DNA of 64,000 nucleotides from an uncultured delta proteobacterium (GCA_963812015.1 CAWETI010000003.1:1248001-1312000); one strand, 5' to 3'; counted from the stretch's first letter, positions 1 to 10,987 are shown. Program-made: numbers and translations. Notes: generated by a model from the letters alone, not told the origin.

Positions 1-159
1 ATTAAGGAATTTGAAAAAATTACTCAGATCCCCCTGCTCTTGAACACCTCTTTTAATGAGAATGAGCCTATCGTCTGTCAACCCCAAGAAGCCCTGGACT
101 GTTTTCTGCGGACCAGAATGGATGTCCTGGTGCTGGGTCCCTATACCATTAAGCGATAA
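1..159 (+). CDS. Carbamoyltransferase (NodU/CmcH family), C-terminal part, cut by window edge
   Basis: Frame 1 reads IKEFEKITQIPLLLNTSFNENEPIVCQPQEALDCFLRTRMDVLVLG..KR*. The LNTSFN..EPIV motif also occurs in the full carbamoyltransferase at 57539. Not in the ORF track. Confidence 0.85.
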   Translation: MKEFEKITQIPLLLNTSFNENEPIVCQPQEALDCFLRTRMDVLVLGPYTIKR

Positions 160-415
160 TCCTCGTAGATCTGGTGAACCGGGAATCCTGGCCTTATCTC
201 CCTTCTGGTTTCGTGAGGCCAATGGCCCGGCTGTGGGCAAGGTTTTTCTGTTCTTAAAAGATTCAACAAACTGCTTTGCGCCACCCGATAAGTGGTGTTA
301 TAGATGGACGGACTGTCACCACCACTTCCTCATATTCAGGCGGTTTGCTGAGGATGGTTCAAGGGGGGAAAATTTTCCACGCGTGGTACGGCAAAATCCC
401 CAAGCTGGAAAAGCC

Positions 416-1399
416 ATGGATAAGATCTTAGTAACCGGCGCCAACGGCTTTATCGGACGGCAGCTCTGCCGAAGCTTGAGTCAGCAGGGGTTTTGGGTGA
501 GGGCAGCCATACGCCAGACCGCCATCGCCCCAGCCGACGACCTGCACTATGTGGCGGTGGGCGATATTGGACCGGACACCGATTGGACTGAAGCTTTGCG
601 AGGGGTTCACCTGGTAGTTCACCTGGCCGGTCGAGCGCATATTATGCGGGATAGCGCATCGAGCCCAATGGCTGAGTATGAACGGATAAACACCTTAGGG
701 ACCATGCGTTTGGCGCAAATGGCCGCGGCGGCTCACGTCAAGAGATTCATATTCCTCAGTTCCGTTAAGGTGAACGGTGAAGAAACCCATGATCAGCCTT
801 TTGTGGAAACAGATCGGCCTGCTCCTCAGGACTTCTATGCGATGTCAAAATGGCGAGCTGAAGAAGGCCTGCTCCACATACACCAGCAAGGCAGGCTCCC
901 GGTAGTTATCATTAGGCCCCCCCTGGTATATGGCCCGGGGGTGCGGGCCAACTTCCTGCAACTCATTCGCTGGGTGGATTCCGGTTTACCGTTACCTTTG
1001 GGAAAAATTAAGAATAAACGCAGCCTGGTTGGATTGAGGAATTTAGTGGATTTTATTATGATATGCCTCCATAAGCCGTCTGCGGTCGGAGAAATATTTT
1101 TGGTAAGCGATCAAGAAGACTTGTCAACTTCCAACCTGGTCCAAAGGATTGGGGGTTTCTTGGGGAGGTCGACGTATCTCATACCCATTCCCTACCCGAT
1201 CATGTCGATCATTGCCCAGATCACGGGTAAGAAGGACGCTTTTGATAAATTGTGCCGTTCTCTTCAGGTAAACATTGAAAAGGCAAGTAATGTGCTCCAT
1301 TGGAAGCCGCCTTTTTCGATAAATGAAGAATTGGAACAAACTATTACATGGTATAAAAATGAATATAAGCGCAATTCATCAGAGGCCGTAATTAATTAA
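416..1399 (+). CDS. NAD-dependent epimerase/dehydratase (WbpV/WbpK-like extended SDR)
   Basis: Start moved to ATG 416 (MDKILVTGANGFIG); GxxGxxG, YAMSK (YxxxK) and RPPLVYGPGV motifs. Confidence 0.85.
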   Translation: MDKILVTGANGFIGRQLCRSLSQQGFWVRAAIRQTAIAPADDLHYVAVGDIGPDTDWTEALRGVHLVVHLAGRAHIMRDSASSPMAEYERINTLGTMRLAQMAAAAHVKRFIFLSSVKVNGEETHDQPFVETDRPAPQDFYAMSKWRAEEGLLHIHQQGRLPVVIIRPPLVYGPGVRANFLQLIRWVDSGLPLPLGKIKNKRSLVGLRNLVDFIMICLHKPSAVGEIFLVSDQEDLSTSNLVQRIGGFLGRSTYLIPIPYPIMSIIAQITGKKDAFDKLCRSLQVNIEKASNVLHWKPPFSINEELEQTITWYKNEYKRNSSEAVIN

Positions 1400-1527
1400 T
1401 AAATTATGAAAAAAGTGCGCCAGATGTGGTGAATTTGCAAATTCAGTGCATAATCAAGTCATTCGCTAGCGAAAAAGGTAATTATATTTAAATCATATAG
1501 GGTTGAGTGCCCTTTTAATCAGAACTT

Positions 1528-2505
1528 ATGGTTACAATGAACCTGTCCACCGTCGTAGCTTTAGGCCTTATGACAATAGGGCTCTCATATTTCGGAGTAT
1601 TAGAGTATAGCAAGTGGGCTATCAGAGAAAATATATTAGATATTCCCAATGAACGCAGTTCTCATACCGAACCGATACCCCGTGGAGGTGGTATAGTTAT
1701 TGTAGCACTCACCTTGGGTGGCATATTAATCTATCAAGTTTTAGGATATTGCTATTCATGGAAAGTTGTTTTTGGTTTTATGCTCGGGAGTCTCTTGGTT
1801 TCTGGAATAAGCTGGGTGGATGATCTCCATTCTCTTCCCATCGGCATTCGTTTCACCGCCCATAGCTTGGCGGCCATTATGGGCATCGCATCTTTCGGAT
1901 ACTGGCATACGGTAAGCTTCCCTCTCATTGGCCAAATACACCTTGGCCTTGTCGGGTTGCCACTGAGTTTTTTTTGGATAGTGGGTTTGACCAATGCTTT
2001 CAATTTCATGGATGGGATAGATGGAATAGCGGCGGGCCAGGCAACAGTTGCCGGAATCTGGTGGTGTGTTTTCGGGTGGCTCTATCTCCAACCGCTTTTG
2101 ATGGTCCTGGGTTTGTTTTTGGCTTGCAGCAGCATTGGATTTTTAGCCCACAATTGGCCCCCGGCCCGAATTTTTATGGGGGATGTGGGCAGTGCCTTCC
2201 TGGGTTATACTTTCGCCATGTTGCCGATCATGGCCACTGATTCCTTGAATCCACAGGGGGGGTGGGATGGTAGCTTCCTGGCCGCGATTCTCCTGACCTG
2301 GCCGTTCTTGATAGATACAACTTTTACATTTCTGCGGCGCCTGTATAATGGCGAGGATGTGCTGCGGTCCCATCGCTCCCATATATATCAGCGTTTGGCG
2401 ATAGCTGGTTACAGCAGTTGCTTTATAAGTATAACTTATATGGGCCTAACTATAATGGGCGGAATCATGGCGATGCTCTGGTCGGCCCCTAAGGTTCATC
2501 CATAA
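1528..2505 (+). CDS. Polyprenyl-phosphate N-acetylhexosamine-1-phosphate transferase (WbpL/WecA, MraY-like)
   Basis: PNERSSH..P.PRGGG, NAFNFMDGIDG, FMGDVGS and HRSHIYQRL motifs; multi-TM. Confidence 0.9.
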   Translation: MVTMNLSTVVALGLMTIGLSYFGVLEYSKWAIRENILDIPNERSSHTEPIPRGGGIVIVALTLGGILIYQVLGYCYSWKVVFGFMLGSLLVSGISWVDDLHSLPIGIRFTAHSLAAIMGIASFGYWHTVSFPLIGQIHLGLVGLPLSFFWIVGLTNAFNFMDGIDGIAAGQATVAGIWWCVFGWLYLQPLLMVLGLFLACSSIGFLAHNWPPARIFMGDVGSAFLGYTFAMLPIMATDSLNPQGGWDGSFLAAILLTWPFLIDTTFTFLRRLYNGEDVLRSHRSHIYQRLAIAGYSSCFISITYMGLTIMGGIMAMLWSAPKVHP

Positions 2506-2509
2506 GGAA

Positions 2510-4384
2510 ATGCCAATGCCGTTGCGTTTGCGCAATAGATTTTTCTTAATTACTGATATAGTTATAGTTTTTTTATGTGTTTACTTAAGTTTTGTTATTA
2601 GGGTAGAAATATTTAACCTTAAACAATTTTGGTCAGGATTGTTATTATTTGCATTCTTAGCTATAATCATTTTTCCGACTGTTTTTTATTTGATTGGCAT
2701 CTATTCTATTTATTGGCAATATGGTTCCATAGACTCAATATTGATATTGGTTAGTGCTGAGGTAGTTGCTACGTTATTTGTTGCAATTATAAGTATTACG
2801 TTATCTATAATATTGCCGAATAAATTTATCATTCCTCGATCAATTCCAATAATTTTCTTATCGTTGGTTTTGATTCTCATTTCTGGTTCCCGCATCATGT
2901 TGCGGTTAATAGCTCACTATCAAGGTAACACTCAAATTATTTGTACCAATCCTATACAGCATGTTCTCATTATGGGGGCTGGGAAAGCCGGCTCTATGGT
3001 CGTTAGAGAAATCAGAAGAAATCCTCAACTGGGAATACACATTGTCGGTTTTCTGGATGATAACCCCGACAAGCATAATATGGTGATTCATGGCGTAAAA
3101 GTATTGGGAGATAAAAATAGCATACCACATTTAGTAAGGAAATATGCAATAAATGAAGTTGTTATAGCTATGCCTAGTGTACATGGGAAACAAATTAGAT
3201 CTATTGTGGATATCTGTAAAAAGAGTGATGTTAATATAAAAATTATGCCAGGTATCTATGAGTTATTGAACGGCAGCATAGCTATCAATCAACTGCGCAA
3301 TGTTCAAATCGAGGACTTACTTCGGAGGGAACCGATTAAAACGGATCTTAATAGTGTCAGAGCCTTGATTCAAGGTAAAAAAGTCATGGTTACCGGGGGA
3401 GGAGGTTCTATCGGCAGTGAGCTAAGTAATCAAATATTCAATTTCGATCCTGAGGAATTGATAATTTTAGGACATGGAGAAAATAGGATCTTTGAGATCA
3501 ACAAGTATTTTAACAACCACCAAACCTTTAAAAATAAGTGCCGTATTATTCCAATAATCGCTGATATACGCTTTTTATACCGCATACAAGCAATTTTTGA
3601 AGAGTATCGTCCGGATATTGTTTTTCATGCTGCCGCCCATAAACATGTACCATTGATGGAACTTAACCCTACCGAAGCAATTATTAACAATATTATCGGG
3701 ACCCGCAATCTATTGCAAGCCAGTTTGTCCACGGGAACCAGCCGATTTATCATGATTTCTACGGACAAGGTGGTAAACCCCACAAGTATTATGGGGGCTA
3801 GCAAAAAGGTGGCAGAATTATTAGTGCAGCAAGCTGCTATTGATAGTGGCCGTCCTTTTATAACCGTAAGGTTTGGTAACGTCCTGGGTAGCACGGGCAG
3901 CGTAGTTTTAACTTTTAAAGAACAGATAGCCGCCGGTGGCCCCGTAACGGTTACCCATCCGGAAATGAAACGCTATTTTATGACCATTCCCGAGGCAGTG
4001 CAGTTGGTTTTGCAAGCATCGGTGCTTGGCAAAGGTGAGGAAGTTTTTATTTTGGATATGGGAGAACCAGTCAAGATCGTGGACTTAGCCAAGGACCTGA
4101 TTCGGCTCTCGGGTTATTCCGAGGATAATATTGAAATTATTTATACCGGCTGCAGGCCGGGCGAAAAACTTTATGAAGAATTATTTGCAGAGGGGGAAGT
4201 TTACGTCAAAACTGTTCATGATAAATTATTTCTTGCATCTAAGGCCGGTAGCATAATTCACTCGAACCTCAACGGGGAAATCGAATTATTGGAGTTGGCG
4301 GCTCAAAACAACGACAGAGCTGAAATTATAAAAATTTTGAAAAAACTTATCCCCGAATATAAACCCTATACTAATGTCGGATAG
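2510..4384 (+). CDS. Membrane-bound UDP-GlcNAc 4,6-dehydratase (CapD/WbpM/PglF family)
   Basis: N-terminal TMs; TGGGGSIGSEL, HAAAHKHVP, STDK, VRFGNVLGS, RYFMTIPEA and RPGEKLYEEL motifs. Confidence 0.93.
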   Translation: MPMPLRLRNRFFLITDIVIVFLCVYLSFVIRVEIFNLKQFWSGLLLFAFLAIIIFPTVFYLIGIYSIYWQYGSIDSILILVSAEVVATLFVAIISITLSIILPNKFIIPRSIPIIFLSLVLILISGSRIMLRLIAHYQGNTQIICTNPIQHVLIMGAGKAGSMVVREIRRNPQLGIHIVGFLDDNPDKHNMVIHGVKVLGDKNSIPHLVRKYAINEVVIAMPSVHGKQIRSIVDICKKSDVNIKIMPGIYELLNGSIAINQLRNVQIEDLLRREPIKTDLNSVRALIQGKKVMVTGGGGSIGSELSNQIFNFDPEELIILGHGENRIFEINKYFNNHQTFKNKCRIIPIIADIRFLYRIQAIFEEYRPDIVFHAAAHKHVPLMELNPTEAIINNIIGTRNLLQASLSTGTSRFIMISTDKVVNPTSIMGASKKVAELLVQQAAIDSGRPFITVRFGNVLGSTGSVVLTFKEQIAAGGPVTVTHPEMKRYFMTIPEAVQLVLQASVLGKGEEVFILDMGEPVKIVDLAKDLIRLSGYSEDNIEIIYTGCRPGEKLYEELFAEGEVYVKTVHDKLFLASKAGSIIHSNLNGEIELLELAAQNNDRAEIIKILKKLIPEYKPYTNVG

Positions 4385-4445
4385 GCAGATAAAACCTTGG
4401 GGATTGAACCCAAATGGATGTCCTGCTGCGGTATTTTTTAGTTAA

Positions 4446-5672
4446 GTGATTATGATTTTATATCTGGTGGACCGGTATTTTTGGCCTGATGAGTCAGCCG
4501 TTTCGTTGCTGCTCACCGACCTCGCCGAAGACTTGCAGGCCATTGGCCATGAGGTGCATGTCTTTACTTCCCGGCAATTATATAATCAACCCCAGGCCAA
4601 ATTGCCGGAGGAGCAAATTTGGCATGGGGTCAAGATACACCGCCTGCGAACGAGTTGCTTCGGTCGCCGTCATTTCTGGCTACGCCTGGTGGATGCACTT
4701 ACCTTCCATCTGGCGCTACACGCCGCCAATAAGTTAATCGTTAAGCCGGATGCCTGGTTCGTTATGACAGAACCGCCGCTTATTTTAAATACCGTGTTAA
4801 AGTTACGTCGGAAACTGGGTGGTCGAGTAATTCACCATGTGGACGATCTCTACCCTGATCTGGCCATGGCCCTGGGGTCCTTGCCCCGGCGTGGGCCCAT
4901 CGCAACTCTCCTGGAGCGCTGGGCAAAAGAGGGGCTGGCAAACTGTGATCAAGTCCTGGCCTTAGGAGAATGCATGGCCGAGGTTTTGAAGAAAAAGGGG
5001 GTTGCCGATGACCGCCTGGCGATAACGCCACCGTGGGCAGACGGCAGCAGGCTCAAGCCCTTGGACCATGGCGAAAACCGGTTTCGCCAAGAAATTGGCA
5101 TTGCCAGTGATCAGTTGGTGGTGATGTATTCAGGCAATATGGGACAAGGCCACCGGTTTGAAACCATATTGGAGGCGGCTCGTTCCCTGTCGCCTAATGG
5201 CAACGTCCAATTCGTCTTTATCGGCGACGGGGCCAAGAAAAATCAGATTGAAGCCTTTTATCAGGCCCATAACCTTAAAAATATTATGATGCTGCCGTAC
5301 CAACCCAGGGAAAGGCTCAGGGAAACCTTGTCCGCCGGTGATATTCACCTGATTTCCTTGGATCCAAGAGTCCAGGGATTTATCGTGCCCAGCAAGCTGG
5401 CCGGGATTCTGGCGGTGGGTAGGCCGGCGGTATTTGTGGGAGATGAAAAAAACAGCATAGCCTCGGCGATTCTTCGGGAACAATGTGGCCACGTCATCCC
5501 CGAAGGGGATGTCGGACAGCTCCGGAAGATCATCGAGGGATTGCTAAAAAATCCAGAGGAACGCAAGCGGTTAGGGGAATCTGCCAGGAAGTTGTTTGAA
5601 AGGGAATATGACCGCGCCGTAGTGGTACCAAGAATTATCGCTAAAATTGAGAATAGTACGTGTAAAGCGTAG
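4446..5672 (+). CDS. Glycosyltransferase family 4 (WbuB-like)
   Basis: YFWPD, DLYPD, YSGNMG and VPSKL motifs. Confidence 0.88.
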   Translation: MIMILYLVDRYFWPDESAVSLLLTDLAEDLQAIGHEVHVFTSRQLYNQPQAKLPEEQIWHGVKIHRLRTSCFGRRHFWLRLVDALTFHLALHAANKLIVKPDAWFVMTEPPLILNTVLKLRRKLGGRVIHHVDDLYPDLAMALGSLPRRGPIATLLERWAKEGLANCDQVLALGECMAEVLKKKGVADDRLAITPPWADGSRLKPLDHGENRFRQEIGIASDQLVVMYSGNMGQGHRFETILEAARSLSPNGNVQFVFIGDGAKKNQIEAFYQAHNLKNIMMLPYQPRERLRETLSAGDIHLISLDPRVQGFIVPSKLAGILAVGRPAVFVGDEKNSIASAILREQCGHVIPEGDVGQLRKIIEGLLKNPEERKRLGESARKLFEREYDRAVVVPRIIAKIENSTCKA

Positions 5673-6288
5673 TTATTGGGTGAGGGTGACAAGTCATCAC
5701 GGTTAGGAAACACTGCAAATAAGGCATTAAATGGAAGGTATTATTGGCGTGATTTATGAGATAGCACCATAGCGATTATTCAGGATTATAGGAAATTATC
5801 AAAAAACATTAAGTATTTAAAGAGGTTATTAAACTTATCGCGGATATTAACACACCCATTGGACAATTAATAAAACTCATATCGGTACAGGTTTTTGAGC
5901 ACCCGGTGGATGGCCTTGATGATCACGGACCAAAACCCCGAAAACTTTCTTCCTGGTTACTCTGGGGGGCTATGTTATGCGGCCAGTTAAGCACCGCGAA
6001 TAATTCTGCGGCGCCGGGAGTTTATTAGTCTGACAAAGGCGCACACGATCTCTCCTGGGCCTCTCGAGGAGGAAGCGCTCTTCAGCAAGGGGGGCGGCGA
6101 TTGGCGGAACTTGCCAGCTTGCTCCCAACCATGCTCTTGGAACGCCGCAACCTTTACGCCAGGCTTTCCCTTAGACCACCGGATAATTGACAATCCTTGC
6201 TATTCGGTATATATGTCGGACACTAAGGTTATTTCCTGAACTTAATTTGGCAAAAACACCTTATTTAAATCAAGAAAAGGTAAAGTAA

Positions 6289-7653
6289 ATGATGGGAAAT
6301 ATTTCATTACTCATATTTTCAACTATATTTATATGTATTATTGTAATATATTTGTATAAAAAATGGCCAGATCTTGATATAATTGATATATATATTATAT
6401 TTGCGCTATTGCATTTTGGTCTAAATCCTTTTATTAGAGGATTATATTTTGGAAGAGATATTGTTATTGATTTTCGTAATAGCAATCCTTTTGCAATAGG
6501 TATAGTCTTTGGCCAGATATTAATTATATTATTGATTATCAGGGGGGTTATGGCATGTTTCCCCATAAGGTTTCTTAAATACATAAAGATTAGATACATA
6601 ATTGAGCAATGTGATCGCATCAATAAATATGTCTTATTTTTAATATATGCTGGTTTAGTTGCATTTCCGATCGTTAGTTACTATGTTTATGGGGTAAAGA
6701 CCTATATACTGCCAGAAGATTTTGAGAAGATTGGAAAATATCTACCATATTGGTTTAGTTCCGTTCGTACAATTTATAATTATATTGCCTTTTGTATTTT
6801 TCTTAGCCTGTTTGCTAAGATTGTAAAATCTAAGAAACATCAACAGATTATGTGGATTATCTTGACGGTCATTTTTGTTTTAACTATAACAATTTTTGGG
6901 AGAAGATATTTTTTAAATATGATCGTATTGGGAGTCATTTTCTGGTTTGTATATAGGCAAGAAAATATTTATCGATTGAAATATTTAGCTATTGGTTTGT
7001 TATCAGTTGGCGCTTTTTTCCTATTTAGTAATATTTATCAATCATATCGCCAGGTTCTTTTTTCAGTAGGTCAGGTTAATACGAAAAAACTAGAAAATCC
7101 ATTTTCAGCAGCATTTAATTTTAATTCCACGATAGACAATCTTAAAGTAAGAGCGGGAACGTGGGAATTCAATTATTTGGTAATTAATCATCAAATTGAT
7201 AAATCGGGAATGACTACGAATGGACGTGTAATTTGGGAGAGTTTTAAAAGTTCTATACCAAGAATTTTATGGCCAGGGAAACAATTTTCCCTTATAGACG
7301 ATATGTTAGCTGAGTTATACAACATTGATAAACGAGATATTAATATTTCTAAAAATATATTCGGCATCGCCCAATTAGAATATAGTTATTATTCTATTAT
7401 AATCGTGCCAATAGTAATTATATTAATAACCGCTATGATGGCCGGCCTTATTGCTATGACTTTACAATACCCAACTTTCATGGTGTTGTTTGTAGGAAAT
7501 ATCATGTGGTATTTAATAAATTTTGAAGAAAATGGTAATCAGATATTTTTCATGCTAAGATATATAATATTGACAAGCGTTTTATTTATATTATATATTA
7601 TGGTATATAAAATATATGTAAATTATATTAATAATAAAAAAATAGATAATTAA
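6289..7653 (+). CDS. Putative polysaccharide polymerase (Wzy-like), very AT-rich
   Basis: About 10+ hydrophobic segments, a large periplasmic loop (IPRILWPGK), low GC, and position inside a Wzx/Wzy locus. Confidence 0.6.
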   Translation: MMGNISLLIFSTIFICIIVIYLYKKWPDLDIIDIYIIFALLHFGLNPFIRGLYFGRDIVIDFRNSNPFAIGIVFGQILIILLIIRGVMACFPIRFLKYIKIRYIIEQCDRINKYVLFLIYAGLVAFPIVSYYVYGVKTYILPEDFEKIGKYLPYWFSSVRTIYNYIAFCIFLSLFAKIVKSKKHQQIMWIILTVIFVLTITIFGRRYFLNMIVLGVIFWFVYRQENIYRLKYLAIGLLSVGAFFLFSNIYQSYRQVLFSVGQVNTKKLENPFSAAFNFNSTIDNLKVRAGTWEFNYLVINHQIDKSGMTTNGRVIWESFKSSIPRILWPGKQFSLIDDMLAELYNIDKRDINISKNIFGIAQLEYSYYSIIIVPIVIILITAMMAGLIAMTLQYPTFMVLFVGNIMWYLINFEENGNQIFFMLRYIILTSVLFILYIMVYKIYVNYINNKKIDN

Positions 7654-7748
7654 TTGTTAATTAATTAGGTCAATATATGATAATTGTATTATTAATAATT
7701 AATAGATCACATAATCAATTGTAAAAATTACGTAAATTGGTATGGTAA

Positions 7749-9563
7749 ATGTGCGGCATTGCGGGTATCTTCGCCTATCATAACTCGGCTCCCCCGATAG
7801 ATGTGGAGGAGACCTTAAAGATTCGGGAGGCCATGCGACCTCGGGGGCCGGATGGGGCTGGGTTATGGATTTCTCAGGATAAACGGGTAGCTCTGGCCCA
7901 TCGCCGTCTCTCAATTATTGATTTGAGTGAGGCTGGAGCCCAACCCATGGGAACTCCCGATCAATCCGTCTGGGTGGTATTCAACGGCGAAATTTATAAC
8001 TACCGGGAACTCCGGCACGGTCTGGAGAACCGGGGGCATCGCTTCCATTCCCAGAGTGATACCGAGGTCTTGCTCCATCTCTACCAGGAATACGGGGATG
8101 GCATGATGGACCGACTGCGGGGCATGTATGCCTTTGCCATTTGGGACGACGCCCGGAAAAGCCTGCTCCTGAGCCGCGATCCCTTTGGCATCAAGCCCCT
8201 CTATTACGCCGATGATGGGAAAACTTTAAGGTTTGCTTCCCAGGTTAAGGCTTTGTTGGCCGGCGGGGCCGTGGATACCAGCCCCCAGCCCGCCGGGCAC
8301 GCCGGTTTTTTCCTCTGGGGCTATGTGCCGGAACCCTACACCCTGTTCCAGGGAGTTCGGGCTCTCCCGGCGGGATCGACCTTGCTCAGAGACCTCCGGG
8401 GAAACTCAGCGGCGAAGAGCTTCTGTGCGATTCCCCAAGAGCTGGAAACGGCTTTTGCGGCCGGGAAGCAAGCCGGCCTCGGCAAGGCCGCGGTTCAAGC
8501 TGAGTTAAGGACAGCCCTGGCTGACAGCGTCAAGCATCATTTGGTGGCCGATGTGCCGGTGGGCGTATTCCTCTCGTCGGGGTTGGATTCGAGTACGATC
8601 ACGGCCTTGGCCAGCCAGGGGCAGGGGCAGTTACATTCCATCACCCTGGGATTCCAGGAATTGCGGGGTAGCGACAGCGATGAAACCGCTTTTGCCGCCA
8701 CGATTGCGGCGCGCTATGGCACGATTCACCGAACCCAATGGGTCACCAGAGAGGATTTTGAAGGCGATCGCCGACGCATCCTGGAAGTGATGGACCAACC
8801 CAGCATCGACGGGATCAATATGTATTTTGTCGCTAAGGTGGCCGCGGCCGCAGGTATGAAAACCGCCCTGTCGGGCCTGGGGGGTGACGAACTCTTCGGC
8901 GGCTATCCCAGTTTTCAGGACATCCCCCGGATGGTCCGGATCCTGGCCCTGGCAGGGAGGTTCCCGGGATGGGGCCGGATGTGCCGGAGAGTTACGGCGC
9001 CCTGGCTGAAACGCTTCACTTCGCCGAAATATGCCGGGTTGATGGAGTATGGCGGCAGCTACGCCGGGGCCTACCTGCTGCGGCGGGGGTTATTCATGCC
9101 CTGGGAACTTCCCGAAGTCATGGACCCAGATATGGCCCGGGCGGGATGGGAAGAGCTGCAGCCGCTGGTGCGTCTGGAAGAGACTATCCCCAACTCTCCG
9201 GCAGATTTTCTGAAGGTTTCGGCCCTGGAAATGGTATGGTATATGCGGAATCAACTCCTCAGGGTGGCTGATTGGGCCGGGATGGCCCATTCCCTGGAAA
9301 TCCGGGTGCCCCTGGTGGATATCGTGCTCCTGAGAAAGATTGCGCCCTTGCTGGCGGCGGACTATCGCCCGGGGAAACTGGACATGGCCGCTACGCTTGC
9401 GACTCCCTTGCCCGATGCAGTCCTCCAGCGCGCCAAATCTGGATTTTTTGTGCCGGTGGGACGCTGGCTGGTGCCGACCTCTACCCCGTTGGCTGCCAAG
9501 CGGTACCGTCATGGGCGCGCCTGGGCCCGAGTCGTCTATAAGCACCATACCGCCCCCTCGTGA
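7749..9563 (+). CDS. asnB: Asparagine synthase-like glutamine amidotransferase (polysaccharide amidation type)
   Basis: N-terminal MCGIAG (Ntn Cys), RGPD, HRRLSIID, FNGEIYNY, LSSGLDSS and GGDELFGGY motifs. Confidence 0.92.
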   Translation: MCGIAGIFAYHNSAPPIDVEETLKIREAMRPRGPDGAGLWISQDKRVALAHRRLSIIDLSEAGAQPMGTPDQSVWVVFNGEIYNYRELRHGLENRGHRFHSQSDTEVLLHLYQEYGDGMMDRLRGMYAFAIWDDARKSLLLSRDPFGIKPLYYADDGKTLRFASQVKALLAGGAVDTSPQPAGHAGFFLWGYVPEPYTLFQGVRALPAGSTLLRDLRGNSAAKSFCAIPQELETAFAAGKQAGLGKAAVQAELRTALADSVKHHLVADVPVGVFLSSGLDSSTITALASQGQGQLHSITLGFQELRGSDSDETAFAATIAARYGTIHRTQWVTREDFEGDRRRILEVMDQPSIDGINMYFVAKVAAAAGMKTALSGLGGDELFGGYPSFQDIPRMVRILALAGRFPGWGRMCRRVTAPWLKRFTSPKYAGLMEYGGSYAGAYLLRRGLFMPWELPEVMDPDMARAGWEELQPLVRLEETIPNSPADFLKVSALEMVWYMRNQLLRVADWAGMAHSLEIRVPLVDIVLLRKIAPLLAADYRPGKLDMAATLATPLPDAVLQRAKSGFFVPVGRWLVPTSTPLAAKRYRHGRAWARVVYKHHTAPS

Positions 9564-9692
9564 GAGCTTAATTTCAGGCCATGGACGCTTATTGAGGTCT
9601 AGGTTATACTTCTCGAAAATTTCAGATACCATAAAAAATTGGTTTTTAGAAATCCTTATGCGATCATAATTCTTGCAAGATAGGGATGAAGA

Positions 9693-10622
9693 ATGCCGAA
9701 ATTAAAGTGTAATATTCCGAATGGATTTGATTCACCTATAGCACTGCCAAGGGATGAGGGGGAAGAACGCCTTTGGCAAGATTTTAATCGCTCTTGGTGG
9801 GAAGCACACCCGATGACGTATGATTGGGCTCATAAGTTCGATTTCGATGAATTTACAAAAGAATTTTATTTTGATCTGGATAGACGTTTTTTCTCAGGCG
9901 CTCAGGAATATATGCCATGGAATAAAATTCCTTTCGATCCTTTAATTGATTTTAATTCTCTCAGAGATAAAGATGTTCTTGAGATAGGAGTGGGAAGTGG
10001 AAGCCATGCACAATTGCTTGCACATTATTCAAAATCGTTTACTGGCATTGATATTACCGATTATGCGGTTAAAAGCACATCGAAACGGATGAAATGTTTT
10101 GGTTATAATGCAGAAATTATACGTATGGATGCTGAACAAATGAGTTTTAATGATAATAAATTCGATTTTATTTGGAGCTGGGGAGTGATCCACCATTCTT
10201 CAAATACCAATAAAATACTTGCAGAGATGGCAAGAGTTTTGAGACCAGGCGGCCGGGCTATTGTGATGGTGTACCATCGAGGTTTTTTTAATTATTATAT
10301 AGTCAAAGGTTTGATTAGCGGAATATTGAAAGGTAATTTATTTAGAGCAAAATCGATACATAAAACAGCCCAATATTGGACTGATGGCGCTATTGCAAGG
10401 TATTACTCTGCTTCTGAATGGAAGGAGTTATGTTCTAAATTCTTTCATGTTGAAGATATCTCAGTGTTCGGACTGAAATCCGGACTCATCCCATTGCCTG
10501 CAGGGAAAATTAAAGATCTTATTTTGAGGATAATTCCACACCCATTAAGCCGTTTTTTAACCAATGAATGTAAAATGGGCGAATTTCTTGTGGCAAAATT
10601 AGAAAATCGATCGAGCCCTTAG
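9693..10622 (+). CDS. Class I SAM-dependent methyltransferase
   Basis: VLEIGVGSG, FDFIWSWGVIHH and RVLRPGG motifs. Confidence 0.88.
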   Translation: MPKLKCNIPNGFDSPIALPRDEGEERLWQDFNRSWWEAHPMTYDWAHKFDFDEFTKEFYFDLDRRFFSGAQEYMPWNKIPFDPLIDFNSLRDKDVLEIGVGSGSHAQLLAHYSKSFTGIDITDYAVKSTSKRMKCFGYNAEIIRMDAEQMSFNDNKFDFIWSWGVIHHSSNTNKILAEMARVLRPGGRAIVMVYHRGFFNYYIVKGLISGILKGNLFRAKSIHKTAQYWTDGAIARYYSASEWKELCSKFFHVEDISVFGLKSGLIPLPAGKIKDLILRIIPHPLSRFLTNECKMGEFLVAKLENRSSP

Positions 10623-10987
10623 TTCTAGAGGAGACGATCTTTTTGAGAACGACTCAAGCTTGGCAAAGGTGCCTCTTATGTCCAACATCCATAGCTTTGT
10701 CGGAAGTTTCCCTCGAATGCAGAAGGTTTTCCGAAAAATCTCCGGCCTCTTATCGAGATGTTTTCCCTGACCCGGGCATTTCTTGCTGCCTTAGCATGGC
10801 GACACTTCACATCATTAAACAAGATGGGGGCGGAAGTGTCGGTGTAGCAATGTCGGAAGGTTTGCCCACCTGGAGGGATTCTCAGGTAATGTCCATGGGG
10901 GAATGGCTGGGGCCAGGGCGATAGCGTAACGCATCCAGGCTTGCGTTGTATGACAAGAATGGTTTAATAACATCAAGGCTTGTGGCA

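Noticed and set aside
56..415. 120-aa N-terminal extension of the epimerase ORF in the track
   Set aside because: It overlaps the carbamoyltransferase end in another frame, and the Rossmann motif begins right after ATG 416.
10912..10927. ops/JUMPstart-like GCCAGGGCGATAGCGT
   Set aside because: It mismatches the conserved GGCGGTAG core, lies mid-cluster, and no RfaH/NusG paralog is visible in the window.
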